DNA of 64,000 nucleotides from an uncultured delta proteobacterium. Its GTDB lineage: Bacteria > Myxococcota_A > Polyangia > Fen-1088. Positions 39,640 through 49,244 of the stretch are shown one piece after another (the stretch's first letter is position 1; each line of letters begins with the position of its first letter). The notes beneath the pieces are model-generated. The model made no database searches, was not told the DNA's origin, and worked only from the letters and a program-made list of their open reading frames with translations. The position numbers and the translations under genes are program-made. Where the stretch lies: positions 64,001 to 128,000 of the forward strand of contig CAWCMR010000025.1 in assembly GCA_963796685.1 (NCBI GenBank), read 5' to 3'.

Positions 39640-41085
39640 ATGGCGATGCCGGCCCTCACCCCACGTGCGCTGAGGACTCCAGGGTTTCTTGCACCGTCCG
39701 TACCTTTGTGCACATTGGCGCTGCTCGCCTGCAGCTCTCCAACAGCACCGCCAGCGACGGGGAATATCGACGTCGCCATACGATCGCTCCTCACGGCACC
39801 CATCTCCTCCCTGCGCGTGACCGCGCAATCCCCCACCACTCTCGCCAATTCGCTCAAGATTCCCCTCGCGTTCAAAACCGATCAGTCTTCGGTGCTTCTC
39901 CGAAATCTGGCAGCGGCCAGCGACTATGTGCTCACCGCCGACGCGCTGGACGGTAACGGTGTCATTATCGCCCGCGGTTTGGCGAGCGGCGTCGCCGTCA
40001 CCAAGGGACAGACCAGCAAGGTCGTCATCTATTTGAACCAAGTCATCGTCCCCCCACCCTTCTCCAATTCCGCCCCGCTCATCGACGCCATCACGCTTTC
40101 CGCCGATGTGGCCACACCAGGTGGGCAGGTCCAGATCGAGGGATTGGCGCACGATCCAGATGGGGGACAAACCGCGACGCTCGGCTTCTCTTGGTCCGCC
40201 GCTGCAGCGTGCGGGACGATCTCGAATGTGTCGAACCTGCCCGGCACGGACGCTCTTCATCCTTCCCAATCCCTAGCCACGTGGACGGCACCGCAAGCGC
40301 AAGGAAACTGCCAGATCACGTTCACGGCCAAGGACGTGCTTGGATTGTCCACCAGCGCCACGCTTGTCGTGCGCGTGGGCGCGGGAGCCGACGGAACCGG
40401 CGCCAGCAACGTCGCCCTGGTCTTCAACGACGCGCCGGTGATCGTCGCCATCACCTCGGCCCCGGCCCAGCTATCTTCCACGGGTGCGACCGACGGCGTG
40501 GTCGAAGCGTTGGCCACCGATCCTGAAAACGACAATCTCGGCTACACCTGGAGCTCCGACCCCGATTCTCCGTGCGCCGTCGACTTCGCCAGCCCCGATG
40601 GCGCTGCCTCGGCCTTCACGGCGACCGCGACCCGGGCCGATGCCACCTTCTGCACCTTCCTCGTGTCGGTCAGCGACGGCACGTGGCCCGACGGGGGAGT
40701 GAAGAAGAACACGTCGTTCGCCTCGCTCACGCTGGCCATGACCGCTCCGGTGGTGGCGCTGGTGCCACCGACTTTTGGCGTCGCGTATCAATCGTACGAC
40801 ACCGCCACCGACGGCGTGCTGGTCATGTTCGGCGCCATCGCCTTCGATCCCGAAGGGGGAACGCTCACCTACGATTGGTCGGCCTCGCAGGGCCCGCCTC
40901 CCAATGCCACGGACCCGCCACTCCTTCGCCTCGATCCGGCATTCAGCACAGCGGCGACTTGGATTCCGCCTGTTGGCTCCCAGGCCATGACGAGCGACCT
41001 TCAAGTCTCCGTGACCGCGACCAGCTCGATCACGAGTCTCCAGTCGACCTTGACCTTCTCGTTGAAACCGGCAAATGCCCCGTAG
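39640..41085 (+). CDS. Lipoprotein made of the shared Ig/PKD-like stalk only (no head domain)
   Basis: Lipobox LLAC; NSAPLIDAI...AHDPDGGQTA, ATDPENDNLGYTW, DPEGGTLTYDW. Confidence 0.85.
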   Translation: MAMPALTPRALRTPGFLAPSVPLCTLALLACSSPTAPPATGNIDVAIRSLLTAPISSLRVTAQSPTTLANSLKIPLAFKTDQSSVLLRNLAAASDYVLTADALDGNGVIIARGLASGVAVTKGQTSKVVIYLNQVIVPPPFSNSAPLIDAITLSADVATPGGQVQIEGLAHDPDGGQTATLGFSWSAAAACGTISNVSNLPGTDALHPSQSLATWTAPQAQGNCQITFTAKDVLGLSTSATLVVRVGAGADGTGASNVALVFNDAPVIVAITSAPAQLSSTGATDGVVEALATDPENDNLGYTWSSDPDSPCAVDFASPDGAASAFTATATRADATFCTFLVSVSDGTWPDGGVKKNTSFASLTLAMTAPVVALVPPTFGVAYQSYDTATDGVLVMFGAIAFDPEGGTLTYDWSASQGPPPNATDPPLLRLDPAFSTAATWIPPVGSQAMTSDLQVSVTATSSITSLQSTLTFSLKPANAP

Positions 41086-41105
41086 AGACTATCGGCACGC
41101 CGCCG

Positions 41106-41825
41106 CTACTCTTCGGCGCGTGCACCACAAGTCAAGATGGGCGCGATCGGTCTCTTTGCGACTGCTTTCTTGGCGCTGCCATCGAGAATCTCGATGATCA
41201 TCTTCTGCACCGTCGTATTTGCATTCGCCGAGCGCGCAACCTCCTTGAGCGTCGATTTCACCTTGGCGTCGGTGTACTTCACGGCCACCTGCGTGCTCCA
41301 ACGCAGGAAGCCGGGTGCGAGCGCGTAATACAGCCCCCATCCAACCGCGTCGTTCTTGGCTGCGCGGGAGAGGCCCTTGAGATGGTTGAGATAGGCGCCG
41401 AAGTCCAAACATTGCAGGGTCAACGTCGCGAGCTCCACCTCCGTCGGAGACGCCGCCGGGGTGCAGCGCAAGTAGCGATCGACTTCAGCCAGTGTCGACT
41501 TCGGGCTCGCCGCCCATTTACGAAAGGTGGCGTCCTTGCTCCATCGTTCCTGTCGAAAGTCCTGCGTAGGCTTCCGTGGATGGTCCCGCGGAGGCTCCTG
41601 GGGAACGTCCAGCAGAGGCTCCTGTGGAGGCCGCCGTGGGGGCTGCTGATTCTTCAAGGCTTGCTCGGCTCGGAAAAGGAGATCTTTGATTCCTTCGCTG
41701 AAAGCGAGTGCCTCCGGCGAGCCACACTCCGCGGACGAGCCCGACTGCGCGGGTTCGCCTGCCATGAGCTTGGATGCGAGGAGCGAGGTAATGACGAAGA
41801 TTGGAGAAGCGATTCTGGCGCGCAT
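41106..41825 (-). CDS. Hypothetical secreted protein
   Basis: Plausible signal peptide from ATG 41825; no recognised motifs. Confidence 0.5.
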   Translation of the reverse strand: MRARIASPIFVITSLLASKLMAGEPAQSGSSAECGSPEALAFSEGIKDLLFRAEQALKNQQPPRRPPQEPLLDVPQEPPRDHPRKPTQDFRQERWSKDATFRKWAASPKSTLAEVDRYLRCTPAASPTEVELATLTLQCLDFGAYLNHLKGLSRAAKNDAVGWGLYYALAPGFLRWSTQVAVKYTDAKVKSTLKEVARSANANTTVQKMIIEILDGSAKKAVAKRPIAPILTCGARAEE

Positions 41826-41954
41826 GACAAGCGTGCTCCGGGGTGGGGTGGCCGCAGCGGATGTTCGCAGCAGCAGCCGGAATCGCGAGCAACAACTTCG
41901 CAAAAAGCCACCACCTTGCCCATGCCGACCGGAGCAGCCCCTGGCGATTCCAGC

Positions 41955-42701
41955 CTAGCTCGCGACCTTGACCGTGAAGACCCAGAAGGCGCTGGCGCCC
42001 TTAGGGTCCGTGGCCGTTGCGGTGATCTCCAAGGTCGCGCCCGGAGTCGCGGGTGCGGTCCAGTGCACGTCGCTACCACCTGCATCGTCGGTCTGGTCGA
42101 AGAATGCGCCGTCGTCCGACTTCCAGGTCCAGAGCAAGGCTTCTCCCTCCGGATCGGTCGCGGTGGCGTGCAGAATGACAACCTCGCCGCCACCGGCATC
42201 GGCCGTCGACTGGTACACGATACCCATCTGAGGCGCGATGTCGATCTTGGGTGGCACCGCCGAGAGAACGATGGTACCCGCTGACGCGCCGCCATGCCCG
42301 TCGAGCACGTCGACGACGAACGAGCACGAAGTCGCGACGGCCAGCCCACCTGCGGCAAACGTCACTTGCGCGAGATCCGTCCGGTCGAAGGTGCCCGGAC
42401 AAGTGCTCTTCCACACGTAGGTCAGGGCATCTCCGTCCGCATCGCTGGCCACCACCTGCAGGATGAGCGATGCGTCGCTGGCCACGCGGCCAGCCGAAGC
42501 TTGCACCGAGGCGACCTGCGGTGCGTGATTGACGACGACCTCCACGTCCGCGCTACCATGGTTCGGCGTATTCGCTGCAACTTGCGAACGACTCATTTCC
42601 GCAGGCGACGGTGGGCTCGTGCTCGAGCCATCGCATCCTAACGCGGCGACGAGCACTGGGAAGCAAAGAGCGAATCGAGTTGAAGCAAAGCCCTGCTGCA
42701 T
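41955..42701 (-). CDS. Lipoprotein with two Ig/PKD-like domains (truncated stalk)
   Basis: GGAGG RBS; lipobox ALGC; NHAP...ASDADGDALTYVWKSTCPGTF, ATDPEGEALLWTW. Confidence 0.8.
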   Translation of the reverse strand: MQQGFASTRFALCFPVLVAALGCDGSSTSPPSPAEMSRSQVAANTPNHGSADVEVVVNHAPQVASVQASAGRVASDASLILQVVASDADGDALTYVWKSTCPGTFDRTDLAQVTFAAGGLAVATSCSFVVDVLDGHGGASAGTIVLSAVPPKIDIAPQMGIVYQSTADAGGGEVVILHATATDPEGEALLWTWKSDDGAFFDQTDDAGGSDVHWTAPATPGATLEITATATDPKGASAFWVFTVKVAS

Positions 42702-42889
42702 GATCGAACTCCTCCCGTCGTTTTGGGTCGCGACCACCTCCACGCGATGGGCTTGGACCTGACCACGACGATCTGGAGTTCGGCTCCTATGCTTCAGCAA
42801 ATAAGTATGTTGAGTTACAATTCACAATTGAACAAATTCTTGACGCCGGCATGGCGTGCGCTGTCGGAAAGCCGACGGCTACCCTCAAT

Positions 42890-44788
42890 TCAAGGAGGCA
42901 CGCAGCCCGCCAGAGACTGCCTTAGTTGCGCTTGCAGCTCCGGATTCGATGGCTTGGCGGCGCGGAGAAGGACATCGCACGCTTCTTGGTCTCGTCCCTG
43001 GGCGCGATAGGCGCCGGCGAGGAGCAAACACCCCTGCAAGAGGTCGGGCTCCAGCTTCACCGCGCGTTCGAAGTCGTCGAGTGCGCCCGACCGATCGCCC
43101 TTTTCCGATTGCACCAGACCCAGTGCGAGAAGCGCGGTCGCGGACTTGGGGGCCGCGCGCACTGCCCACTCGGCGGCCACTTCGGCCTCGGACAGCTCGT
43201 GCCGCTGAAGGTGCGCCAGGGCGAGCGTGCCGAGCAAGCCGCTGTGGTCGGGTTTCTCCGCAAGCCCGGCCTGGGCGACGGCAAGGGCGTCCGCCGTTCG
43301 CCCCTGCGAGAGGAAAGCGGCGGCAAGCTTCTCGCGAATGTCGCTGCGAATCCACACCGGGTCATCGGCCGCCAGCTCGAGAGCCGTGGTGTACTCGTCG
43401 ATGGCGAGCTGGCGCTGACCAGCCAGACGATAGGCGTTCCCCAATCCCAGATGGCCCCGCGCTTTGCGCGGCGATTTGGCGACCACATCCGTCCACAGCA
43501 GAAGCTTGGATCTCCAGGTGCCGACCCGGACGAAGGTGAGGCTGGCGAGACCTACGCAAAGAAGCAGGACCAGCGCCACCCCCGTCTGCTTCCGCACCCG
43601 CGCGATGGCATAGTCGGCCCCGACAATGACGGCGAGAAAGACGCCGAAAGAGGCCAGGTACAGTCGATGTTCCACCAGGACATCGAGAATGGGAAGCAGC
43701 GTCGAGGTGTGCGAAAGAACCAGATAGAACCAGAACACGCCGAAGGCAACCACGCGCGCCACCGCGCCCTTGTCGTCTGTCCGCGCGTAATTGCGGTGGA
43801 GGATCATCCCGGTCCCGATCAGCAGGCCGGCATGAAACAGGCCGCAAGCGAGCACGACAGGATCCCAGAATCCGCGCGCCAGGGGAAAGTCCCAGTCCAG
43901 ATTCTGGCCGGCCGGCCAAACCAGCAAGCGCAAGTAGGTGACGATCGCATGCCACTCGGTTCGGAAATAGCGCCAGGGGGACAGCCATGGAACGCCGAAG
44001 CCAGCCACGTCAAGCCCCGTGCCGTCGCCCTTGAGCTTCGGGAGAACCAGCAAGACCACCAGGACCGAATAGAGAACGAACGGAGCGGCCAAGGCAAGAC
44101 GCTTCCGGGGCCGGGCAAGCTTGCTTCCGTACGCAGCCCGGCCGGGAAGTATCCCCAGCAGCAGATAGGCGAAAGGGAGGGTGAGCACGATGGTCTTGGT
44201 GCCGAGCCCGAGCACGAAGGCCACGAACGCGGCGGCGTACAGCGCGGCCCCGGCCGGCCGGCGACCTCGGCGTTCGGCTTCCAGCAGGAGCAGCAGCGAG
44301 CCGAGATAGAACGCCGAGGCCAGCGATTCCGCGCGCTGGGAAACATAGATCACGGCCTGGGTCTGCAAGGGATGGAGCGCGAACACGGCGGCGACCACGA
44401 GGGACAGCGGCTCTCGCTCGGCAAGACCGCCGAGGGCGAGCACCCGGCGCGCGAACGCGTACACCAGCAGCACGGTAGCGAGGTGGATGGCTAGATTCGT
44501 GACGTGGTAGGGAAACGGATCGAGCCCGGCAATCGCGTAATCGAGAGCAAAGGTGAGGTCGGTGAGGACGCGGTCCGCCTGCAAGATGCCCAGCCACTGG
44601 GAGAAGTCGAGATAGTTCCCGAGGTGGTGAATCGTCGAATTCCACTCCACCGTGTGCAGGTCGTCGAGCTCGAACTGGCCGTGCAGCCCCCGGGCATACA
44701 CGAGGACCGTCAGCAGCGCGAGGCCGGCCAGAGCCGCGTTTCGCCATGATGACCGCATTGACCGCATGAAACGAGAAATGCCTATCAT
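42890..44788 (-). CDS. TMTC-like GT-C membrane glycosyltransferase with C-terminal TPRs
   Basis: FELDD in the first loop, YHVTNLAIH, FALHPLQTQAVIYVSQRAESL, EHRLYLAS, W..KLLLW, TPRs. Start uncertain (44767-44848). Confidence 0.8.
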   Translation of the reverse strand: MIGISRFMRSMRSSWRNAALAGLALLTVLVYARGLHGQFELDDLHTVEWNSTIHHLGNYLDFSQWLGILQADRVLTDLTFALDYAIAGLDPFPYHVTNLAIHLATVLLVYAFARRVLALGGLAEREPLSLVVAAVFALHPLQTQAVIYVSQRAESLASAFYLGSLLLLLEAERRGRRPAGAALYAAAFVAFVLGLGTKTIVLTLPFAYLLLGILPGRAAYGSKLARPRKRLALAAPFVLYSVLVVLLVLPKLKGDGTGLDVAGFGVPWLSPWRYFRTEWHAIVTYLRLLVWPAGQNLDWDFPLARGFWDPVVLACGLFHAGLLIGTGMILHRNYARTDDKGAVARVVAFGVFWFYLVLSHTSTLLPILDVLVEHRLYLASFGVFLAVIVGADYAIARVRKQTGVALVLLLCVGLASLTFVRVGTWRSKLLLWTDVVAKSPRKARGHLGLGNAYRLAGQRQLAIDEYTTALELAADDPVWIRSDIREKLAAAFLSQGRTADALAVAQAGLAEKPDHSGLLGTLALAHLQRHELSEAEVAAEWAVRAAPKSATALLALGLVQSEKGDRSGALDDFERAVKLEPDLLQGCLLLAGAYRAQGRDQEACDVLLRAAKPSNPELQAQLRQSLAGCVPP

Positions 44789-44821
44789 CACGACACCGTG
44801 CAAACAACCGCGCACCTCACC

Positions 44822-44839
44822 GTGACGAAGTCGTGGCGA
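44822..44839 (-). promoter_or_regulatory. Pho-box-like direct repeat between the divergent TMTC-like and PstS-like genes
   Basis: Minus strand TCGCCAC-gact-TCGTCAC. Confidence 0.4.
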
Positions 44840-44963
44840 GCCGTTCACACCATGCGGCAGAGAGTAGGATTAGAAGCGTTAACCAGGACTCGGCATTTCG
44901 AGCCTCGGAGCGGCGCCCTTGCGCCGGCGTGCGGAAATGGAGCCAGCATAGGAGGCAAGTACA

Positions 44964-46862
44964 ATGACGTTGTTTGCATGGAATCGTGTGAAGAAGTTGG
45001 TCGGGGTCGTGCTCCCGACTTTGGCGGCCGTCTTGGCCATGGGAAACGGCGCCGCGCGGGCGCAAGAAACCTGCCCTGACGAGACGCTGGATCCGAGCGT
45101 GTTGCCGGTCCAGGGATTCGCGGGCTACATGCCTCATGACCTGGCGCTGGCTTGCGCGAACGCCTACGGCGGCGGCAATGTCGGCAAGGGCTGCTTTCGC
45201 TTGGACGGCTCGGATACCATGACCATGATCATGCACGACGCTATTGCCCAGTCTGGCGCGTGCCTCAGCTACCACAACGTCGGCTCGGGACAGGCCGAGA
45301 CCAACCTGCGCTGGACCGCGGGGGATGCGGGCGTTACGGGCACGGTCAAGCAGTGCCTCGGCCCCATGTCGCGCAATTTTCAACAGTCGGTCATCGATGC
45401 CCACGTCGGGGCGTGGACGGCGGTGAGCAAGGACAGCGTCATCGCGATAGACACCGCGGTTTGGACGTTCAAGCAAAAGACCGGGCAGTGTGGCGAGCTC
45501 GACGACAGCGTACCGGCCACGTGCGCATCTCAATGCCCGAAGGTGGGGACATCTGCTCTCAGCGCCATGGGCGTCATCCTCGGTGGCTATCCCCAGGGTG
45601 GCAATACCAAGAGTGAGGCCACCACGGCGGAGTGCGCAGATCCCTGCCGTGAGTGTCTCCTCGGCTTTCTCGGCAGCCCTTCATGCGAAGGCTCGGGCCA
45701 CATCGAGCACATCCTCCGCGGCGACGACAAGTCCGGTACCGCGGACACCATCCGCGAGAAGCTGAATTTCGACCGCTGGTGCAACGGCAAGTCCGAGGGC
45801 AACAACCTTCTTCCCGGCAGCAACCTATTCAATGAGGACCTGGATCCCATCCGCCGTTCCTGCATGCCGGCAACGAACACGACCGTGCTCACCCGCTGCA
45901 CCTACTACCCCACCAGCCAAACCTGCCAGGCCGACGATGCCGACGTCCCCGCCTATGGATCGCTCACCATCCGAGGGGTCACCCTCACCAACTCATACAG
46001 CCAGCCGCTCCAGTGCTCGCAGGGTGTCGTCGTCGCACTCTCCGAGAACGACCATGGGTCAGCGGGAGCGTCGAAAGCTGACTGTGCCGGCCCCAACCAG
46101 CACAATGCCGACATCACCGAATCAATTGGTTTGCGCGTAGCCAACGATGCCCTCGGCCAGCTCGTCGGGGTCGCGGGTGCGTCTTCCAGGACGGCTCCGT
46201 GCAACCCCAACGCCGTTGTCACGATCAACACCATCACCACGACCTTCCTGCCGAACATCTACAAGGGTGCTTACCTGTTCTCCCGCCGCCTATACCTCCA
46301 GAATCCCTACGACATGGCCAACACCCACACCTGCCCCGCCAGCAACCCGGGCGAATCCGCCGCAGGCCGCTTGGCCGAGGAGACCAGACTCTGGAATTTC
46401 ACCCAGAGCGAGCAATGTCCTGCCGTCATCACAACCGGCCATACAACCTTCGACTATGACCAGGGCGGAATGCAGAACATCGTCATCAACCATGGCTTCC
46501 ACGCGAAGTGGGAAGGATCCCTCGCTCCCGGAGATGCTGAAGCCTGTGGCAACACGTCTTGTTTAGTCGCGCCGTTCAACACCACCCTCACCTGCGGGAC
46601 GATTACCCCTGGTGCCAGCGCGTCGAAGCAGAACATCGGCGACGAGACCTCAGGGAACGCTTGCGATCCAAGCTACCCCTGCGTTGCCAACGGATTGGTC
46701 GGCACCGGAAACCCGCTCACCTGCGGCAACTCGCTGAACCCCACCGTGTGTCCTGCCATGCCGGACCTGCCCTCGAGCTACGGCTGCATCCTGGGCGCGA
46801 AGTGCACGAGCGGCGTCTGCTTCGATGACGGCTTCGGCGTTGGCGGAGGGATCTGCCAGTAG
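44964..46862 (+). CDS. Secreted Cys-rich PstS-fold protein, family A (close paralog of 35000..36904)
   Basis: AGGAGG RBS; colinear and highly similar over the full length; RGDDKSGT in place of RRDDKSGT. Confidence 0.8.
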   Translation: MTLFAWNRVKKLVGVVLPTLAAVLAMGNGAARAQETCPDETLDPSVLPVQGFAGYMPHDLALACANAYGGGNVGKGCFRLDGSDTMTMIMHDAIAQSGACLSYHNVGSGQAETNLRWTAGDAGVTGTVKQCLGPMSRNFQQSVIDAHVGAWTAVSKDSVIAIDTAVWTFKQKTGQCGELDDSVPATCASQCPKVGTSALSAMGVILGGYPQGGNTKSEATTAECADPCRECLLGFLGSPSCEGSGHIEHILRGDDKSGTADTIREKLNFDRWCNGKSEGNNLLPGSNLFNEDLDPIRRSCMPATNTTVLTRCTYYPTSQTCQADDADVPAYGSLTIRGVTLTNSYSQPLQCSQGVVVALSENDHGSAGASKADCAGPNQHNADITESIGLRVANDALGQLVGVAGASSRTAPCNPNAVVTINTITTTFLPNIYKGAYLFSRRLYLQNPYDMANTHTCPASNPGESAAGRLAEETRLWNFTQSEQCPAVITTGHTTFDYDQGGMQNIVINHGFHAKWEGSLAPGDAEACGNTSCLVAPFNTTLTCGTITPGASASKQNIGDETSGNACDPSYPCVANGLVGTGNPLTCGNSLNPTVCPAMPDLPSSYGCILGAKCTSGVCFDDGFGVGGGICQ

Positions 46863-46883
46863 TAAGCACAGTTGAGGGAAAGC

Positions 46884-46916
46884 CGCCTCGCCTCTTGGAA
46901 CCCGGGAGGCGAGGCG
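46884..46916 (+). terminator. Stem-loop downstream of the PstS-like paralog
   Basis: CGCCTCGCCTCTTGG-aac-CCGGGAGGCGAGGCG, followed by a weak T-rich tail. Confidence 0.55.
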
Positions 46917-46992
46917 ACGGCCTTTGCGTTGCTACCCAGAGCTATGCGCCGCTGGTGTGGGCTGACGCACCTACAACGGAAGGCCATCCCCA

Positions 46993-49161
46993 TTATGGGC
47001 TGAGACGGGATACGAAACTTCTTACTGCTTTAAGTTCCTCGCAGTACCCGTTGCTGCATCGGACGGAACTCGCCGGAGGCACGTAGCAGTCGGTATCTGC
47101 GCTGCATGTGGTAACTGAGCTGTTCAACACGGTGGAACCTACTGATATCATGTGCTGGAAATTGCCACCTATGACGACGGAATCGGCCAGGTTCCCGGTC
47201 GCGGCCGTGGCCACGGTAACCCCGGTGATCTGCTGGACTCCTGCTGAGTCACCATAGCTCTGCGCGCACAGGATGGAGCCATTGGCCCCGGAGAGCTCGG
47301 CGGTGAAGGCATCGAAATAGGCAATGCCAGTCGAAACCAGGCCATTCAACCCGTTGAGCGCACCTATGTATTTGCCGCCGATGACCACGTCTCCAACCGA
47401 GGACACGGCCACCGCGTTGACAATTTGGTCATAGGCCGCATCGCCGAAGGTGAAGCCCCAGAGCGCAGTCAGTGTGGGATCGAGCTTGACCACGAAGCCG
47501 TCGCTCTTGCCCCTCGAAGTGAGCGTGCCCACGGGCGCGCCGAAGTTGGCACTGGTGGTTGCAGAAATGGCGCCCGCAATAACGACGTTGGAGCTGCCAT
47601 CCACCGCGATGCCGAAGACGTCCGAGAATCCGGCACTGCCCCAAGTCGCGACCGCCTGCACGACTCCATTGACACCGAATTTGGCGACGTACATGAGGCC
47701 AAGGACATTTGGCGCCACCGTGGGAAGAGCGTGGTCATTGCCGCTGCTATCATTGCCGAAGTCAAGGGCACCATTGTAAGTGCCCGCAATGTAGACGTTG
47801 CCAGTATCGTCCATGGCCACGGACTCGCACTGCTGATCGCCGGTGCCGCCGAGCTCGCGGCCCCACACCACCGTGCCCGCGGTGGCGTCGATCACCGCCA
47901 CCACGATGTCCGTATTGCCACCGAAGACCCCGGCCGCGCCAGTGGTCAAGCCGGCGTTTGTGGTGTTGGTCGAGTTGTAGAGGGTCACGGCGCGAGCAGT
48001 CTTGCCGCACACCGCGATGAGATTCTGGTGTGGGTTCGAGGCCATGGCCTGGAAAGCACCACTGCCGAGGTCCACGTTGTGCACCTTGATGGGTGTCACG
48101 TACTGGCCGGACGATGTTCCATCAATAATTGCGTAGTAGCCCATCGGGGCTCCGATGGACAAGGAGGGCTTGGAAAGGTAGTCGGTTCCGCTGTCTCCGC
48201 TGTCGCTGCCCTTGGCGGTGAAGTCGATTTCGCCCACGTAGACTCCGATTACCCCGACGTTGCCGTTCTCCGCAACCGCCACGCCACCACCCGTCTGCAT
48301 GGACCCCACTTGGTCCGCGAAGCTAAAGGCTTCCGTGACCAGGCCCGAGGATGGATTCAGCTTGACCAGGAAGGCGGCGAGGGCGCTTGCCTGAGATGTG
48401 TAGAGAAGCGGCGTCCCGGTTCCAAAGTCCGCCGAAGCGGTCATGGAGCCTGAGGCCCACCTGGTTCCATCCGGCGCCGCCGCAAGTCCCCCCGGACTGA
48501 AGTTGCCCAAGTCCGCACCTTCAGGCCACGCATTGGCCCAACTTGAAGAGCCGATGGAGCAGGTTCCGGCAGGGCCGTCGGGACCATGGTCAGGGGTGTT
48601 GGCGTCCAATACTACGCCTGCATCTGGCGCGACCTCAGGTTGAGAATCGGGCCTGGTGTCGGGCGCAGCCTCCGCCAAGTCGGGGCCTCTGTCGGCCGCG
48701 ATATCGAGGGTCGAGTCGGGAGCGCGATCGGTGGCGATATCCGGTGCTGGCGTATCGCTGCTGTCTGCGCCAATGGGAGCGTCCGGCGCATCGCTGGCTG
48801 CGTCCCGAACGTCCGGGGTAACGAGATCTACGCTACTGGCGTCGAGCCCGCCCGCCTCGGCGAGCATAATCCTCGAATCTCTGCCAGCATCGATTCCGCC
48901 TTGCCCATCCGCGTTGTTGGGCCCATCGCCCGCCGCCATGTCGATCACGGTGGTGCTCGTGTCTCCGGCCTCGGCCCCGCTGACGGAGACGTCGCGACCT
49001 CCGTCCGGGGCACTGCAATACCTGCGCTGTCCCGCATCCAGCTTCTCGTTCGAGGTCCCGCTGCTGCAAGAAGCTGCCAGCCACGCGAGCACGACGACCA
49101 TGGCCGATGAACGGCTTTTGTAGGTCGGCGGCTCGGAGGCAGGCAATTGGATGGGTGCCAC
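46993..49161 (-). CDS. Lipoprotein with Asp/Pro/Ala-rich linker and beta-propeller head
   Basis: Lipobox LAASC; head closely matches the C-terminus of 31511..34849 (TPIKxHNVDLGxGAF, WGFTFGDA). Confidence 0.85.
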   Translation of the reverse strand: MAPIQLPASEPPTYKSRSSAMVVVLAWLAASCSSGTSNEKLDAGQRRYCSAPDGGRDVSVSGAEAGDTSTTVIDMAAGDGPNNADGQGGIDAGRDSRIMLAEAGGLDASSVDLVTPDVRDAASDAPDAPIGADSSDTPAPDIATDRAPDSTLDIAADRGPDLAEAAPDTRPDSQPEVAPDAGVVLDANTPDHGPDGPAGTCSIGSSSWANAWPEGADLGNFSPGGLAAAPDGTRWASGSMTASADFGTGTPLLYTSQASALAAFLVKLNPSSGLVTEAFSFADQVGSMQTGGGVAVAENGNVGVIGVYVGEIDFTAKGSDSGDSGTDYLSKPSLSIGAPMGYYAIIDGTSSGQYVTPIKVHNVDLGSGAFQAMASNPHQNLIAVCGKTARAVTLYNSTNTTNAGLTTGAAGVFGGNTDIVVAVIDATAGTVVWGRELGGTGDQQCESVAMDDTGNVYIAGTYNGALDFGNDSSGNDHALPTVAPNVLGLMYVAKFGVNGVVQAVATWGSAGFSDVFGIAVDGSSNVVIAGAISATTSANFGAPVGTLTSRGKSDGFVVKLDPTLTALWGFTFGDAAYDQIVNAVAVSSVGDVVIGGKYIGALNGLNGLVSTGIAYFDAFTAELSGANGSILCAQSYGDSAGVQQITGVTVATAATGNLADSVVIGGNFQHMISVGSTVLNSSVTTCSADTDCYVPPASSVRCSNGYCEELKAVRSFVSRLSP

Positions 49162-49244
49162 GGTGCTGTCCTCTTGACTTTTGTGGCTTGACCTAGCGCA
49201 GGCTCATCGCGGTTGGCTTGGGGTGAGTCGATCCCAGCTTCGCG

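Noticed and set aside
42790-42845. AT-rich stretch with repeated ACAATT as another Pho-like array
   Set aside because: The spacing is not 11 bp. It is probably an ordinary promoter region.
35000-46862. Paralog pair as template and variable regions of a diversity-generating retroelement
   Set aside because: There is no reverse transcriptase, both copies are full genes, and the differences are not adenine-specific.
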